This document shows positions 8,532 through 18,063 of a DNA stretch of 34,807 nucleotides, one piece after another. The first letter of the stretch is position 1, and each line of letters opens with the position of its first letter. The position numbers and the translations under genes are program-made. Location of the stretch: IMG/VR virus record IMGVR_UViG_2526164649_000022, one strand, 5' to 3'. A model generated the notes under the pieces. It worked only from the letters and a program-made list of their open reading frames with translations, was not told the DNA's origin and made no database searches. Source of the stretch: a virus. Lineage: Duplodnaviria; Heunggongvirae; Uroviricota; Caudoviricetes.

Positions 8532-9591
8532 GTGGCCACCGCCTTTGTTTTTTCGTCTTCGCTTTCATTTCCGGCATGTCCAGTGATTCAGGCGGAACCA
8601 GCGCCAGAACCGTCATCCTCCCCTGTGCGCCATCCGTCCATGTCACCCCGGATATCAGCCAGGTGGTTTTCAGGTTCTGAATGCTGTCGTCGATATCGAC
8701 AAGGCGGTTGGTCTGCCACAGCGGGCCGCTGTCGCCCTGTTCGCGCCAGCCTGCCACCGTGATTTCCGTCGTGCGGGACTCTCCCAGCATCCGGGCTTTG
8801 TACCATTCCCCGCGCATGCTGGCCCCGCCCACGGTCAGGCTGTCTTCATTGACCAGAATGCGCGGGCGGTAACGGTTAATTTCCGGGTCTTCGGTGATGT
8901 ACTGGCGACCGCCCACCATCGGGGCAGGCTGGCTGTCCCACAGTTTGCCACCGGCACTGGTGGTGCCCTTGATGATGTACTGGCTGTTACGCTCCCGCCA
9001 GCTGAAGCGCCCACGGGCGGCGAGGATATTTTTTCCCAGCACCAGTGACACGCCCGCGCGAACGGAAGAGGCGCGGGTGATAATCAGGTTACCCGCGCCG
9101 TCAGACGTCAGCAGAACGCCGCGCTGTTTTGCCAGCCGGTCGAGCAGTTCAAAGCCCGTTTCACCCTGTTCCAGAACGACAGACGCAAATGCCTCCCCGG
9201 TCGGGGTTTCCGTGATGACGGTTATCCCGAACGGGCGGCAGACATCAGCCGCCACCTGTTCAAGCCGCACGCCTTTCCATTTCCCGGACGAATGCACCAC
9301 AGAGCAGTCCACCAGGTCGCCGGTTTTATCGCGCCCCATGACGCGAATCTCCAAGTTTTCAGCGTCATAGCCGGGAATAAAATCATCGATATACCCCGTC
9401 AGCACGGTATCCGCGCCCAGCCTGACCGTGCAGGGTTGCCCCTCACGAATCACGCGCGGTGCCGCCGCTGACCAGCGGGTTGTCACACTGAGTTCAAACT
9501 CACCGGCAATCGCCTTCAGGGAACGGCTGACGGACATTTCCGTCCAGCCTTCCCACAGTTTGCCGTCAACGGTAAGAATCACGGATTCCAT
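8488..9591 (-). CDS. Tail/baseplate hub protein (Mu P, gp44-like)
   Basis: 367-aa ORF between N-like and V-like genes. Confidence 0.6.
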   Translation of the reverse strand: MESVILTVDGKLWEGWTEMSVSRSLKAIAGEFELSVTTRWSAAAPRVIREGQPCTVRLGADTVLTGYIDDFIPGYDAENLEIRVMGRDKTGDLVDCSVVHSSGKWKGVRLEQVAADVCRPFGITVITETPTGEAFASVVLEQGETGFELLDRLAKQRGVLLTSDGAGNLIITRASSVRAGVSLVLGKNILAARGRFSWRERNSQYIIKGTTSAGGKLWDSQPAPMVGGRQYITEDPEINRYRPRILVNEDSLTVGGASMRGEWYKARMLGESRTTEITVAGWREQGDSGPLWQTNRLVDIDDSIQNLKTTWLISGVTWTDGAQGRMTVLALVPPESLDMPEMKAKTKKQRRWPHGIKRNCSPPATDG

Positions 9592-10865
9592 CAGTCGGTG
9601 ATCTCCACAGGTTGCGTCGGCAGGATGAATGACGGATGACGCAGGCGGTTACGCTGCACGATTTCATCCCGTCGGCGTGTGTCACCATGCTCGCGCCATG
9701 CCAGCAATGCGGCAGAGGTGGTTGTGGTCAGCGTCACCTGCCGGGTTTCCGGCAGACGGGCGGCACGCTCGCGGGCATCCGTAATCACGGCCTGCCGTAA
9801 ATCGCGCAGCGTTCGCCACAATGTCCGCTGGTTGTTTTCCACCGCCGCCACCGCCTGCTCATGCAGTTCAGCCGCCAGCGTGTCACCGGCAGATAACGCC
9901 GCATCACGGGTATCGAACGTCATCGAGGCCACGGCACTGGCCTGTCCCAGCAGGGCTCCCAGCACAACCACCTGGCGGAAGTCGTCAATGTTCTTTTGCA
10001 GGCTGTCAGATACCGGCTGATAATCCGGTGACAGCCCGATGGCAAAGCCGGGGTTGCCGTCTGCCACGCTGCCGGGCTTCACGGTGATATCTTCCGGCAG
10101 TGCGCCGGTGGCAATCTGCCTGGCACGTTCTCCGGCCCACTGGTTGCGTAATGTCGTGTAAACCGCCAGTGCTTCGGGTGGTTCCGTCACAAGGCCCGCA
10201 ATATCTTCCACCCGTGCTGACAGCTCACTGACCAGACGCCCCGGTGTGGCAATGAGGGTTCCGGCCATCGCCTTAAAATGCTTCAGCCTGTCCATCCACT
10301 GATTCAGTGCTGCCGGTAACGTGGGCAGGTTAGCCACAAGGTTTTCCATATCGGCCAGAAAACTGTCGGCCATGTCACCCAGCCCGTCGAGTGCGCCGAA
10401 CCAGTCGCCATCGTCAATGGCGGCTTTCACCGCATCAATGCCTGTCAGCACTTCCTGCTGCGTGTTATCCGCCGCAGACGGGAACAGGCGCTCGCCTGCC
10501 TCAAACACTTCAAAGGTGACATACGCAATGCCGTCTTCCTCCGTGCAGAGGCGATGGGTGACCTTGCCAACCTGTACGGTCTGTATCCCGAACCACGGGT
10601 GGACAAGCTCGCCGGGGCCGGGGGTATTGAGCGCATCTAAAAGGGCGTTTAAATCATCCCGGAAGTTTTTACCTGGCAGCTTTGCGTTAATCTGCTGTTG
10701 CCCCGGAACGGCCCCGTTATCATCCGTCCAGGCGGTTTCACGCCGGGGATAAGCACGGGGAATGGCACGACGACCACCGGTGCCCTCCGTATCCACCAGA
10801 AAGAAGGGGACGCCACGAAACGAGGCGTCGCGCAGCCCGTCCCATTTACCGTTGCTCGTTGTCAT
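9591..10865 (-). CDS. DNA circulation protein N-like (Mu gp43-like)
   Basis: 424-aa ORF immediately downstream of the tape measure gene with overlapping start/stop. Confidence 0.6.
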   Translation of the reverse strand: MTTSNGKWDGLRDASFRGVPFFLVDTEGTGGRRAIPRAYPRRETAWTDDNGAVPGQQQINAKLPGKNFRDDLNALLDALNTPGPGELVHPWFGIQTVQVGKVTHRLCTEEDGIAYVTFEVFEAGERLFPSAADNTQQEVLTGIDAVKAAIDDGDWFGALDGLGDMADSFLADMENLVANLPTLPAALNQWMDRLKHFKAMAGTLIATPGRLVSELSARVEDIAGLVTEPPEALAVYTTLRNQWAGERARQIATGALPEDITVKPGSVADGNPGFAIGLSPDYQPVSDSLQKNIDDFRQVVVLGALLGQASAVASMTFDTRDAALSAGDTLAAELHEQAVAAVENNQRTLWRTLRDLRQAVITDARERAARLPETRQVTLTTTTSAALLAWREHGDTRRRDEIVQRNRLRHPSFILPTQPVEITD

Positions 10866-12685
10866 TAACCCTGCTCCACGCTGGTGACGCCAGCCTGCGC
10901 ACTGAGTCTGACGCCGGGTTGATCCACTCTGACGCTTTTCACGCGGGCATCACCTTCCACCACCACACGGATTTCCCCCTGCAATTGTTGCGGAAGGAAA
11001 GGATAATTCTGTGTGGGTTGCATACCTGCCCACGGTCGCGGGTCGGCAATGTTCTTGTCACCCAGCGAATTAAACCAGTCCGTTACCTTACGCCAGACGG
11101 ACTCGAGCGCTTTCTGGTTATCCTGGCTTTGTTGAGCGAACTCGCGCTCCCACGGGCTGGCGCTGGCATCACCGGCAACGAATTTTGTAAGGCTGTCAAC
11201 CTCACCTGGTAGGGCATATTGCGTGGTCAGAAAATCGTAAAACTCCAGAGCACCGGCAATGATGCCAGCGCCTTTACCTGCCTTTCCTCCACAGTTACCC
11301 GAACCTCGTGGATTGCGTGGGTTACGGGGATTGCGCGATGAATCCGGCGCATCCGGCAGACCGCCGGTATTACCCTTCAGCCCGCCACTGCCCATATTGA
11401 CCACATAAACCGGCATCACGCCGGAACCAAAAACATCCGTAATGCTGCCGGGTATCCCTTTGCCTTTCCCTTTGGGATTCATGATGTCGTGGATGGTTTT
11501 ACCGAACCTGTACGTCTTTCTGATGGCGATAATGCCGCCCAGCGCCGCCATATATTTACCGACCTGCAACCAGTTCTGGACAGTGTTCTGGTCCACGCTG
11601 TTAATGGCATCCGCCAGATCCTGAACGGGCTTTGCCAGTTGCCCTTCAGCGAAACGTTGCCATTCGTTATTCAGCGACTGCATCGCGGCATTAAAGCCTT
11701 CGGCATTGGTCTGTGCGGCCTTTTGCGTGGAACCCTGTTCAGCCATGCCGTAAATCATTTTCTCCAGCAATTGCCGGTTCTCCGGGCTGAGTAACGCCTT
11801 AATCCCCTGCATCCCGGTCTGATCAAACACATCCTGAAGTTTCAGCGGGTCGTATTTAGCCCGTTTGAGGATTTCCATCATCAGTTCATAGGGCTTTTTA
11901 ATGTCTTTTGTGCCTTTGACAAAAACGTCAACCCCGTTTTTTTTCAGGAACTCAATGTTCTTTTTGTCCGACAGGGAGGCATACATGGCCTGAATACTGG
12001 TCACTGTCTCATCAATGCTGCCTTTGTTTTTGGCAAACACCTGAGCAAATGCCCCCATCTGCGCAATGGCTTCCGGTCCCTGATCCTGAATGATGGAAAA
12101 CAGTTTCGGGGCCGCGCGGGCAACATCAGCAACGCTGACAGAACCCACCGCGAACTGTGCATACAACCTGTCCATTGTGTTGCTGACCGCATCAGCGCCC
12201 CGGACACCTTTTTCCCAGAACTGCGCCATCATCCCGGCTGCCACCTGTCCGTCAACACCAAACGCCTGCATAAACAGCCCCATGTTGCGCAGGTTGTCCA
12301 CCACATACTGATAATCACCGGTTTTTCCCAGCAGGGCATCAACCCCTTCACCGAGGGCTGAGGCATCAATACGGATATCCTTCTGACTGGAAACGTCCCG
12401 GATCGCGTTCTTCAGCGTGTTGACCTGCTCTGCGTTTAATTTGGCATTGGTTCCCATACGCCGCATCTGAGCATCAAAATCAGCCACGCCTTTTACCGTC
12501 ATGCTGCCACCAAGCTCGGCAATCATCGCCGTGTAGCGGTTGCCAAGCGCATCCAGACTGCGCCCAGCGGCGTCGGTTGTGGCTTTGACCAGGCGCATGG
12601 CTTTCTGGTTATTCCGGGCGAACTGCGACATATTCGCGCCATACTGCCGGGCTTTGGCGGTCAGGTTCCCGGCAAGGTTGATCAT
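10865..12685 (-). CDS. Tail tape measure protein, apparently intact, start MINLAGNLTAK at 12685
   Basis: About 606 aa, Ala/Gly/Gln-rich with Gly-rich C-terminal segment; the track ORF (to 12847) is extended by read-through from the IS600 end. Confidence 0.75.
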   Translation of the reverse strand: MINLAGNLTAKARQYGANMSQFARNNQKAMRLVKATTDAAGRSLDALGNRYTAMIAELGGSMTVKGVADFDAQMRRMGTNAKLNAEQVNTLKNAIRDVSSQKDIRIDASALGEGVDALLGKTGDYQYVVDNLRNMGLFMQAFGVDGQVAAGMMAQFWEKGVRGADAVSNTMDRLYAQFAVGSVSVADVARAAPKLFSIIQDQGPEAIAQMGAFAQVFAKNKGSIDETVTSIQAMYASLSDKKNIEFLKKNGVDVFVKGTKDIKKPYELMMEILKRAKYDPLKLQDVFDQTGMQGIKALLSPENRQLLEKMIYGMAEQGSTQKAAQTNAEGFNAAMQSLNNEWQRFAEGQLAKPVQDLADAINSVDQNTVQNWLQVGKYMAALGGIIAIRKTYRFGKTIHDIMNPKGKGKGIPGSITDVFGSGVMPVYVVNMGSGGLKGNTGGLPDAPDSSRNPRNPRNPRGSGNCGGKAGKGAGIIAGALEFYDFLTTQYALPGEVDSLTKFVAGDASASPWEREFAQQSQDNQKALESVWRKVTDWFNSLGDKNIADPRPWAGMQPTQNYPFLPQQLQGEIRVVVEGDARVKSVRVDQPGVRLSAQAGVTSVEQG

Positions 12686-12752
12686 GATTTCCGTGCTGAG
12701 ACGGCTACCTGAGGTGTACTGGCAATAGCGGACACTACCATTTGTTCTTTTT

Positions 12753-13571
12753 TTAAGCAGCCATCTGATGATATTTTTCCCTGAAGGCTGCCGGGGAGAT
12801 ATTCCCCAGACGAGAGTGACGACGCTGACGATTGTAGAAAATCTCAATGTATTCCCGTATTACTGAGATGGCTTCATCCCGGTTATTAAAACGATAGTGG
12901 CTCAGGCTCTCATTTTTCAGCGTTCCCCAGAAGCTTTCCATCGGAGCGTTGTCGTAACAGTTACCTTTACGCGACATTGATGTTTTCAGACCAGACTGCT
13001 CCTGTATGACCCGGTAATCGTATGCGCAGTACTGTGAACCTCGATCAGAGTGGTGGATTAGCCCGGCAGGTGGGCGCTGGCTCCTGAGCGCCATAAACAG
13101 GGCTTTACCTGTCAGCTCTTTTGTCATGCGCTCTCCCATGGCGTAGCCGACAATTTCACACGTATAAACATCTTTGATGCCAGCGAGGTACAACCATCCC
13201 TCCTGTGTGGCAACATACGTCAGGTCCGCCACCCAGACCTGATTTGGTGCTGTAGGAGCGAACGTCTGGTTCAGCAGATTTGGCGCAACTGGCAGATTGT
13301 GGTTCGGGTTCGTAGTCGCTCTGAACTTGCGTTTCTGCTTACAGCGTAGCCTTAGCTCCTTACGAAGACGTGCCAGTCGGTCACGACCAACGATGATGCC
13401 ATTCTCTGCCAGCTCCGTCTGGAGCCGCCGGGTTCCATATGTTTCGCGAGTGCGGATATGTGCCACCTTAATCTCCAGTTTTAGCCGCTCATCACTTTGT
13501 TTTCTGTCTGAGGGTTCATGCTGTACCCAGTTGTAATAACCGCTCCTGGATACACCAAATACCTGACACAT
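12753..13571 (-). CDS. IS600 transposase OrfB (DDE integrase domain)
   Basis: 272-aa ORF with IS3-family integrase features, downstream of OrfA. Confidence 0.9.
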   Translation of the reverse strand: MCQVFGVSRSGYYNWVQHEPSDRKQSDERLKLEIKVAHIRTRETYGTRRLQTELAENGIIVGRDRLARLRKELRLRCKQKRKFRATTNPNHNLPVAPNLLNQTFAPTAPNQVWVADLTYVATQEGWLYLAGIKDVYTCEIVGYAMGERMTKELTGKALFMALRSQRPPAGLIHHSDRGSQYCAYDYRVIQEQSGLKTSMSRKGNCYDNAPMESFWGTLKNESLSHYRFNNRDEAISVIREYIEIFYNRQRRHSRLGNISPAAFREKYHQMAA

Positions 13572-13606
13572 CGCTTCAATGGGAAATTGTTGTCGCCATT
13601 GTTCGA

Positions 13607-13909
13607 TTAACGCGTATTTTTCAGCGACTCCTGTGCAAAATACGCTGTTGCTTTTTTTAATATATCTCGCTCAAGGCGAGCTTCATTTAACGCCTTACGC
13701 AGTTGCAGAATTTCAGATTCCAGTTCAGCCACCGTGCGGGAACCAGGAGTACCGAGCCCTTTTCTGGCGGCGGTAACCCATTGTCCTAAAGTGCCTTCAG
13801 GAAGGGATAATCGGGAAGCGCCTTCACTGATCGAAAGTTGATTTTCAAGAACCGTTCTGACAGCTTCGGCTTTGAACTCTTTAGAGTAACGTTGGGTTTT
13901 TCTGCTCAT
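13607..13909 (-). CDS. IS600 transposase OrfA (HTH/leucine zipper)
   Basis: 100-aa ORF MSRKTQRYSKEFKAEAVRTVLENQLSISEGA..., typical IS3-family OrfA. Confidence 0.9.
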   Translation of the reverse strand: MSRKTQRYSKEFKAEAVRTVLENQLSISEGASRLSLPEGTLGQWVTAARKGLGTPGSRTVAELESEILQLRKALNEARLERDILKKATAYFAQESLKNTR

Positions 13910-13965
13910 TATTAGCTCCTTCTGATGCCATTCTATTTCAGGAAGGAGTGTCCGTTAAACTCAGG

Positions 13966-14181
13966 CTACCTCAACCTGTTGCCATACTGTTTCTCCAGTT
14001 GCTTTATCAGGCGGAACAACTGCCGCAGGGGCAGTTGTTCCAGGTACTGAATGCTGAATCGCGAAGACAGGTTAACCAGCAGGTTCATCAGTGCCGCCGC
14101 CAGCGGCATCAGTTCGCCCCCGCGTTGCCACCTCCTCAAGCATGTCATCCAGCACAGCCGCTTTCGTGCTGATAAGCTCAA
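13966..14181 (-). CDS. Frameshift extension frame of the tail assembly chaperone (G-T-like); last two codons and stop lie in the IS600 terminus
   Basis: ORF overlapping the 3' end of the chaperone gene in another frame, with a G5 run (C5 on plus strand, 14117-14121) at the overlap. Confidence 0.45.
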   Translation of the reverse strand: MSLSARKRLCWMTCLRRWQRGGELMPLAAALMNLLVNLSSRFSIQYLEQLPLRQLFRLIKQLEKQYGNRLR

Positions 14182-14467
14182 GGTCTGCCGGGTGGAGCAT
14201 TCGCAGCTGTTTCATGTCCAGCGGGCCGGGGATATTACCGATTGACGCAACCTGACGGCGCATCATCTCCAGTCCCATCAGCACCTCAGAACAGTAGGCC
14301 ACCGCCTTTCCGTTCCCGCCCATGACGACGCGTTCTGCGGCCAGTTGCGCATCAATCACATCACTGGCGGTCAGTTCGCGCAGTTTCACGGTTTTATGCA
14401 GGGTTTCATCTGCCGTGCCTTTGCCGGTCAGAAGCCCGTGTTTCAGTTCAAATTCCATTGCGGCCAT
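14072..14467 (-). CDS. Tail assembly chaperone (Mu gp41-like)
   Basis: 131-aa ORF between tail tube and tape measure, the conserved chaperone position. Confidence 0.6.
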   Translation of the reverse strand: MAAMEFELKHGLLTGKGTADETLHKTVKLRELTASDVIDAQLAAERVVMGGNGKAVAYCSEVLMGLEMMRRQVASIGNIPGPLDMKQLRMLHPADLELISTKAAVLDDMLEEVATRGRTDAAGGGTDEPAG

Positions 14468-14468
14468 G

Positions 14469-14825
14469 TCACACCTTCACGCATTTTTCACCGATAAAGT
14501 TGGCACTGATGGTGCCGGAATCCTCGTCCAGCTCTGCCGGGTTATCCGTGGCGGAACCCGTCATCATGTAGTTCAGGCCGTTGTCGCCGTAGAACATCAC
14601 CGTGACATCTTCCCAGCTGCTGATTTCAATCACGTCCATATCCGCTGCCGCCGCAATGGTTACCTTGATGGACGGCGAGGCCATCTTGCTGGAGATACCC
14701 CAGACCTTGCCGCCGCCCATATGCTGGGTGCGGCTGAAGCCGCCCGGATTCAGCGTGGATTTCCCCTCGGTTTTAATTTCGCGGCCATTCACGCGAATGG
14801 TCGCCATGCCAAGAATTTTTGCCAT
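14469..14825 (-). CDS. Tail tube protein (Mu M-like)
   Basis: 118-aa ORF immediately downstream of the sheath gene. Confidence 0.65.
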   Translation of the reverse strand: MAKILGMATIRVNGREIKTEGKSTLNPGGFSRTQHMGGGKVWGISSKMASPSIKVTIAAAADMDVIEISSWEDVTVMFYGDNGLNYMMTGSATDNPAELDEDSGTISANFIGEKCVKV

Positions 14826-14834
14826 GTGGCCCCC

Positions 14835-16310
14835 TTAAAGCTTGAACTGAATCAGGCCTGCCAGCACACGCAACTGGTTCACCAGATTCGGGTGGCAGAT
14901 AAAGTTCAGGCGGTTTTTATCGCTGCTGTCGCGTGTCACCTGAAGCGTGTCCCTGTAATCGCTGAAGTTTTCCACAAGGCCCGCCGGGAGAAGTTCGGTC
15001 TGGCAGATATCCAGCAGCTCTGCAGTGCACAGCTTCGGCGTCATCACCGGCTGCCCCGCATCCAGCGAGTCCAGCACGTCATCATCCGCCAGCTTGTGGC
15101 GCGGATAACGGTTCGAGAAACGGTTTTTAATGATGTAACGGATACGGCCCAGCGTGGCGGGTGACTGCACATCAAGATACGACACATCCGCATCACCGTA
15201 CTGGTTAACCCAGTACATGGTGATTTCACGCTCGATGCAGACGTTATCCCCGGCGTCCACCATGTGCGTGGCAATGCCGTCATGCAGCAGCAGGTTACGT
15301 TCCGGCATATCCCAGCGAACATTACGCGCAGGCGGCAGAATGCCGGTCAGGACCAGCGTCTGAAGCGGACGCGCCGGGTCAATGGCAAGGTGATACGCTG
15401 CCGTTGCGCCGTATGACGCGGCCCACATCCACGCCGGATGCGGCGACAGGTTGGTGCCGATGCAGCTAATCAGCCAGTCATTGCGGGTTTCACCAAACGT
15501 GCCGGTTTCCCCGTGCGTGCCACGAAACGCCGTCCACAGCTGCGCTTCCATCATTTTGAGCGGCCCCCAGCGGTTCAGCAGTTCATCACGCAGGGTGTTC
15601 AGGCTTTTCGTGTCGGTGAACGGGGCGATGATATCGGTAAACCACTCCGGGCCGATGGCCGCAACGGCGTCTGCCATTTCCGGTGTCCCGGTGCCGCCGG
15701 TAAACGCGGTTGCGGTCACCTTCACACCTGCCGGGAAGGCTTCACCGGTGTGGTAGTTCAGGCGAACGTCGGCACCGTTGCCGGTGACGCCGTGCCAGTT
15801 CACGGTCAGCTCCACGGTATCCGTGGCATCATCCTTCACCGCAGCGGCCACCTGCGTGGCAGGCTTTTTCGTCACCGCATCAGCAATGGCTTTTGCAATG
15901 TTTTCCTTCGTATCCCCGGCGCTCACGCTCACCTGAACGGACACACCGTTAATCAGCAGTGCCACCGTTCCGGCTTCGGTCGCTGTACCCAGCACGGTCA
16001 GCGTGGCTTTTGCGGCAGCGCCTTCAGGAGCGGCAACCGGCATCGCCCAAGTTTCCGTGTACGTGTTGGCACGACGCAGCATTTTGAGCATTTCAGCCAG
16101 CATCGACCCTTTGCCATAAAGCTGGTCTGCCTGGCTGTCACTGGTGATACGGGTCAGTGACAGGGCGTCTGCGCTGCCGGACGATACCGCATGGCCCATG
16201 ACCAGAATTTTTCGGCTTTGCGCGGATGCACCCTCCAGTGCCTGTGAATTGTCGATATCGATCCAGACAAGCGGGACGCGGATATCATCAGGAATGGAAC
16301 CCAGCGACAT
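14835..16310 (-). CDS. Tail sheath protein (Mu L-like)
   Basis: 491-aa ORF, size and position of contractile tail sheath. Confidence 0.8.
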   Translation of the reverse strand: MSLGSIPDDIRVPLVWIDIDNSQALEGASAQSRKILVMGHAVSSGSADALSLTRITSDSQADQLYGKGSMLAEMLKMLRRANTYTETWAMPVAAPEGAAAKATLTVLGTATEAGTVALLINGVSVQVSVSAGDTKENIAKAIADAVTKKPATQVAAAVKDDATDTVELTVNWHGVTGNGADVRLNYHTGEAFPAGVKVTATAFTGGTGTPEMADAVAAIGPEWFTDIIAPFTDTKSLNTLRDELLNRWGPLKMMEAQLWTAFRGTHGETGTFGETRNDWLISCIGTNLSPHPAWMWAASYGATAAYHLAIDPARPLQTLVLTGILPPARNVRWDMPERNLLLHDGIATHMVDAGDNVCIEREITMYWVNQYGDADVSYLDVQSPATLGRIRYIIKNRFSNRYPRHKLADDDVLDSLDAGQPVMTPKLCTAELLDICQTELLPAGLVENFSDYRDTLQVTRDSSDKNRLNFICHPNLVNQLRVLAGLIQFKL

Positions 16311-16510
16311 TATTTTTTCCCTCTGGTTTTGTTGTTATTTTTCGGAAGTGTGGTTATTTCCACATCTCCCTCGGCTTCACGGCGCAGCCAGTAAGCGCAG
16401 ACGTTGAGACGTTCCCCTTCCGGGGATAAATGTGCGCCATCCGGTTTACGGACACGGACGTTTTCCCGCGCTGGCTTAATCAGTTTCTGTTCCATCGTCA
16501 CCCCGTACAT
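16310..16510 (-). CDS. Small phage protein (Mu gp38-like)
   Basis: 66-aa ORF coupled to the sheath gene start. Confidence 0.45.
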   Translation of the reverse strand: MYGVTMEQKLIKPARENVRVRKPDGAHLSPEGERLNVCAYWLRREAEGDVEITTLPKNNNKTRGKK

Positions 16511-17087
16511 GGATCACGTCGTTAATTTCAGTGTGTTCGCCGCTGCGCAGTGTCGCCCCGAGGCGCAGGAAATCCGGGAGCGCGGCGAGATCAATCTCTT
16601 CATCCAGCCGGAATTCCTGCTCCCACGTCACCGCCCACATGGTGACACCCAGCCCGTCGAGGCTGACGGAGTAAATGTTGTCTGCCCGCACATCAGCAGC
16701 CATGCGTTCAGCCCCCATGCCCGCTGTGGCATCCGACGACAGCAGGCGTTTGATCACCTTTCCGGCCAGCACTTCACAGCGCACGTCGCGGGAATACCCC
16801 CACGAATCCGTCGCCATGATGTAAGCCACCCAGGTGACCAGACCGGACAGCCCGCCGCGCGGGTTGATATCCCGGACACGCAGGGCCGCGACACGGATAC
16901 AGCCGGTGCGACCGGACAGATAGCGTTTCACTTCATCCGGGCTGTTGAACTGGCCGATGTGACGCTCCACCACGTCAGCCCGGTCAGGGGTGTCCCCCTG
17001 AAGGGCCGTCTGCAGCCAGGCCACAATGTGCTCTGCGGCCGCAACGGTGCTCCCCGGTGTGCGCAGTTCAGGGCGTTGTTCTGTCAT
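16476..17087 (-). CDS. Virion/tail-completion protein (Mu gp37-like)
   Basis: 203-aa ORF in the head-tail joining block; gene-order inference. Confidence 0.5.
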   Translation of the reverse strand: MTEQRPELRTPGSTVAAAEHIVAWLQTALQGDTPDRADVVERHIGQFNSPDEVKRYLSGRTGCIRVAALRVRDINPRGGLSGLVTWVAYIMATDSWGYSRDVRCEVLAGKVIKRLLSSDATAGMGAERMAADVRADNIYSVSLDGLGVTMWAVTWEQEFRLDEEIDLAALPDFLRLGATLRSGEHTEINDVIHVRGDDGTETD

Positions 17088-17629
17088 GGCAGAACCTCCT
17101 TCCAGAAATGACTGATAACCTGTTGCAGCTCCTGCTGGCTGGCAGAAGACAGCCCCAGAAATTCACGTTGCGGAATGTTCATCATGCGGTGATGTGCGCC
17201 GACGGTCTGCCAGACCGGATATTTCAGCGCCCGCCCGAAACACTGCGAGATAAGCCGTTTGTGGGCGCTGACCGGCACGCTGCCGGAAAAGCCGTCATTC
17301 ATGATGCGGGCATAATCCAGCGGTGAACCGATACGCACCACGCGGTTTTCCACGATGTACTGGATACTCTCCAGCAGATGGCCTTCACCGCGCAGCAGAC
17401 TCTGGTTGCCGTGGCGGGTCTTTTTGTACCCGTCAGACCAGTCCGGCCAGCGTTCGCCACCCGGACTGGTTTTCTCATCGATGATGCGGCGGCGGGTCTG
17501 TGATTCCACCACCGCACCGATGCTTTCCAGCAGCTCTGACTGCAATGAACCCTCTGCCAGCTTTTCAACGGCGCGGCGGATATCCTCCAGACGCTGGTCA
17601 CCGCTGACCTGTACAGAAATCCCCATCAC
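17084..17629 (-). CDS. Virion morphogenesis protein (Mu gp36-like)
   Basis: 181-aa ORF with overlapping start/stop in the head-tail joining block. Confidence 0.5.
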   Translation of the reverse strand: MMGISVQVSGDQRLEDIRRAVEKLAEGSLQSELLESIGAVVESQTRRRIIDEKTSPGGERWPDWSDGYKKTRHGNQSLLRGEGHLLESIQYIVENRVVRIGSPLDYARIMNDGFSGSVPVSAHKRLISQCFGRALKYPVWQTVGAHHRMMNIPQREFLGLSSASQQELQQVISHFWKEVLP

Positions 17630-18063
17630 AGCACCCCTTTCAGGTTGTTACGGGTGAACAGCCGGGCATTGGCACCCACCACAATAATTTTCCCGTTGTC
17701 GGTTTCTGCCGGGGTGGCATACGTCGGCAGGCCCAGGTCACGGGTGCCGTTCGCCATTTCACGCAGGGTTTTAATGGCGTCGTCGTAGCGTTTCTGGATC
17801 AGCTCCGTGATTTGATTGTCACGCTCTGATAACCAGTAAAACGCCAGCGATACCGCCACGCGTTGCAGCGGGCGCGGGATTTCCGTCACCCCCAGCGGCA
17901 GCTGGTAGCGGCGGGACAGAAACGAATCAATTTCCGCTTCCGCATCACTGATGGCCTGACGGATTTTGTCTTCATCCAGCCCGTTGGTTTCCCGGTTAAT
18001 CGCCATGTTCCAGACAAGATTGCCGTCCGCGCGTAACAGATCTTCCTGCGTGATGTATCCCAT
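17626..18063 (-). CDS. Head-tail joining protein (Mu gp35/36-like)
   Basis: 145-aa ORF with overlapping stop/start codons on both sides. Confidence 0.5.
   Translation of the reverse strand: MGYITQEDLLRADGNLVWNMAINRETNGLDEDKIRQAISDAEAEIDSFLSRRYQLPLGVTEIPRPLQRVAVSLAFYWLSERDNQITELIQKRYDDAIKTLREMANGTRDLGLPTYATPAETDNGKIIVVGANARLFTRNNLKGVL

Larger units (their letters stand above)
12710..13973 (-). mobile_element. IS600 (IS3 family) copy 1, 1264 bp, complete, 3-bp target duplication ACC (12707-12709 and 13974-13976)
   Basis: Terminal inverted repeats TGAGGTAGCCTGAG... / ...CAGTACACCTCA; OrfA and OrfB intact. Confidence 0.9.

Noticed and set aside
12710-12847. N-terminal 46 codons of the 660-aa track ORF for the tape measure protein
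   Set aside because: These codons are read-through from the IS600 terminus; the native start is the ATG at 12685.
13297-13536. 79-aa ORF antisense within IS600 orfB (also 33711-33950 in copy 2)
   Set aside because: Internal antisense frame of a transposase gene, present in both copies simply because the IS is duplicated.
14322-15164. Long plus-strand ORFs (for example 14322-15164, 15438-16160, 16404-17111, 19350-20483, 21926-22960, 31215-32018)
   Set aside because: Each lies antisense to a well-supported minus-strand phage gene with translational coupling to its neighbours, and none has recognisable protein features; treated as spurious antisense frames.
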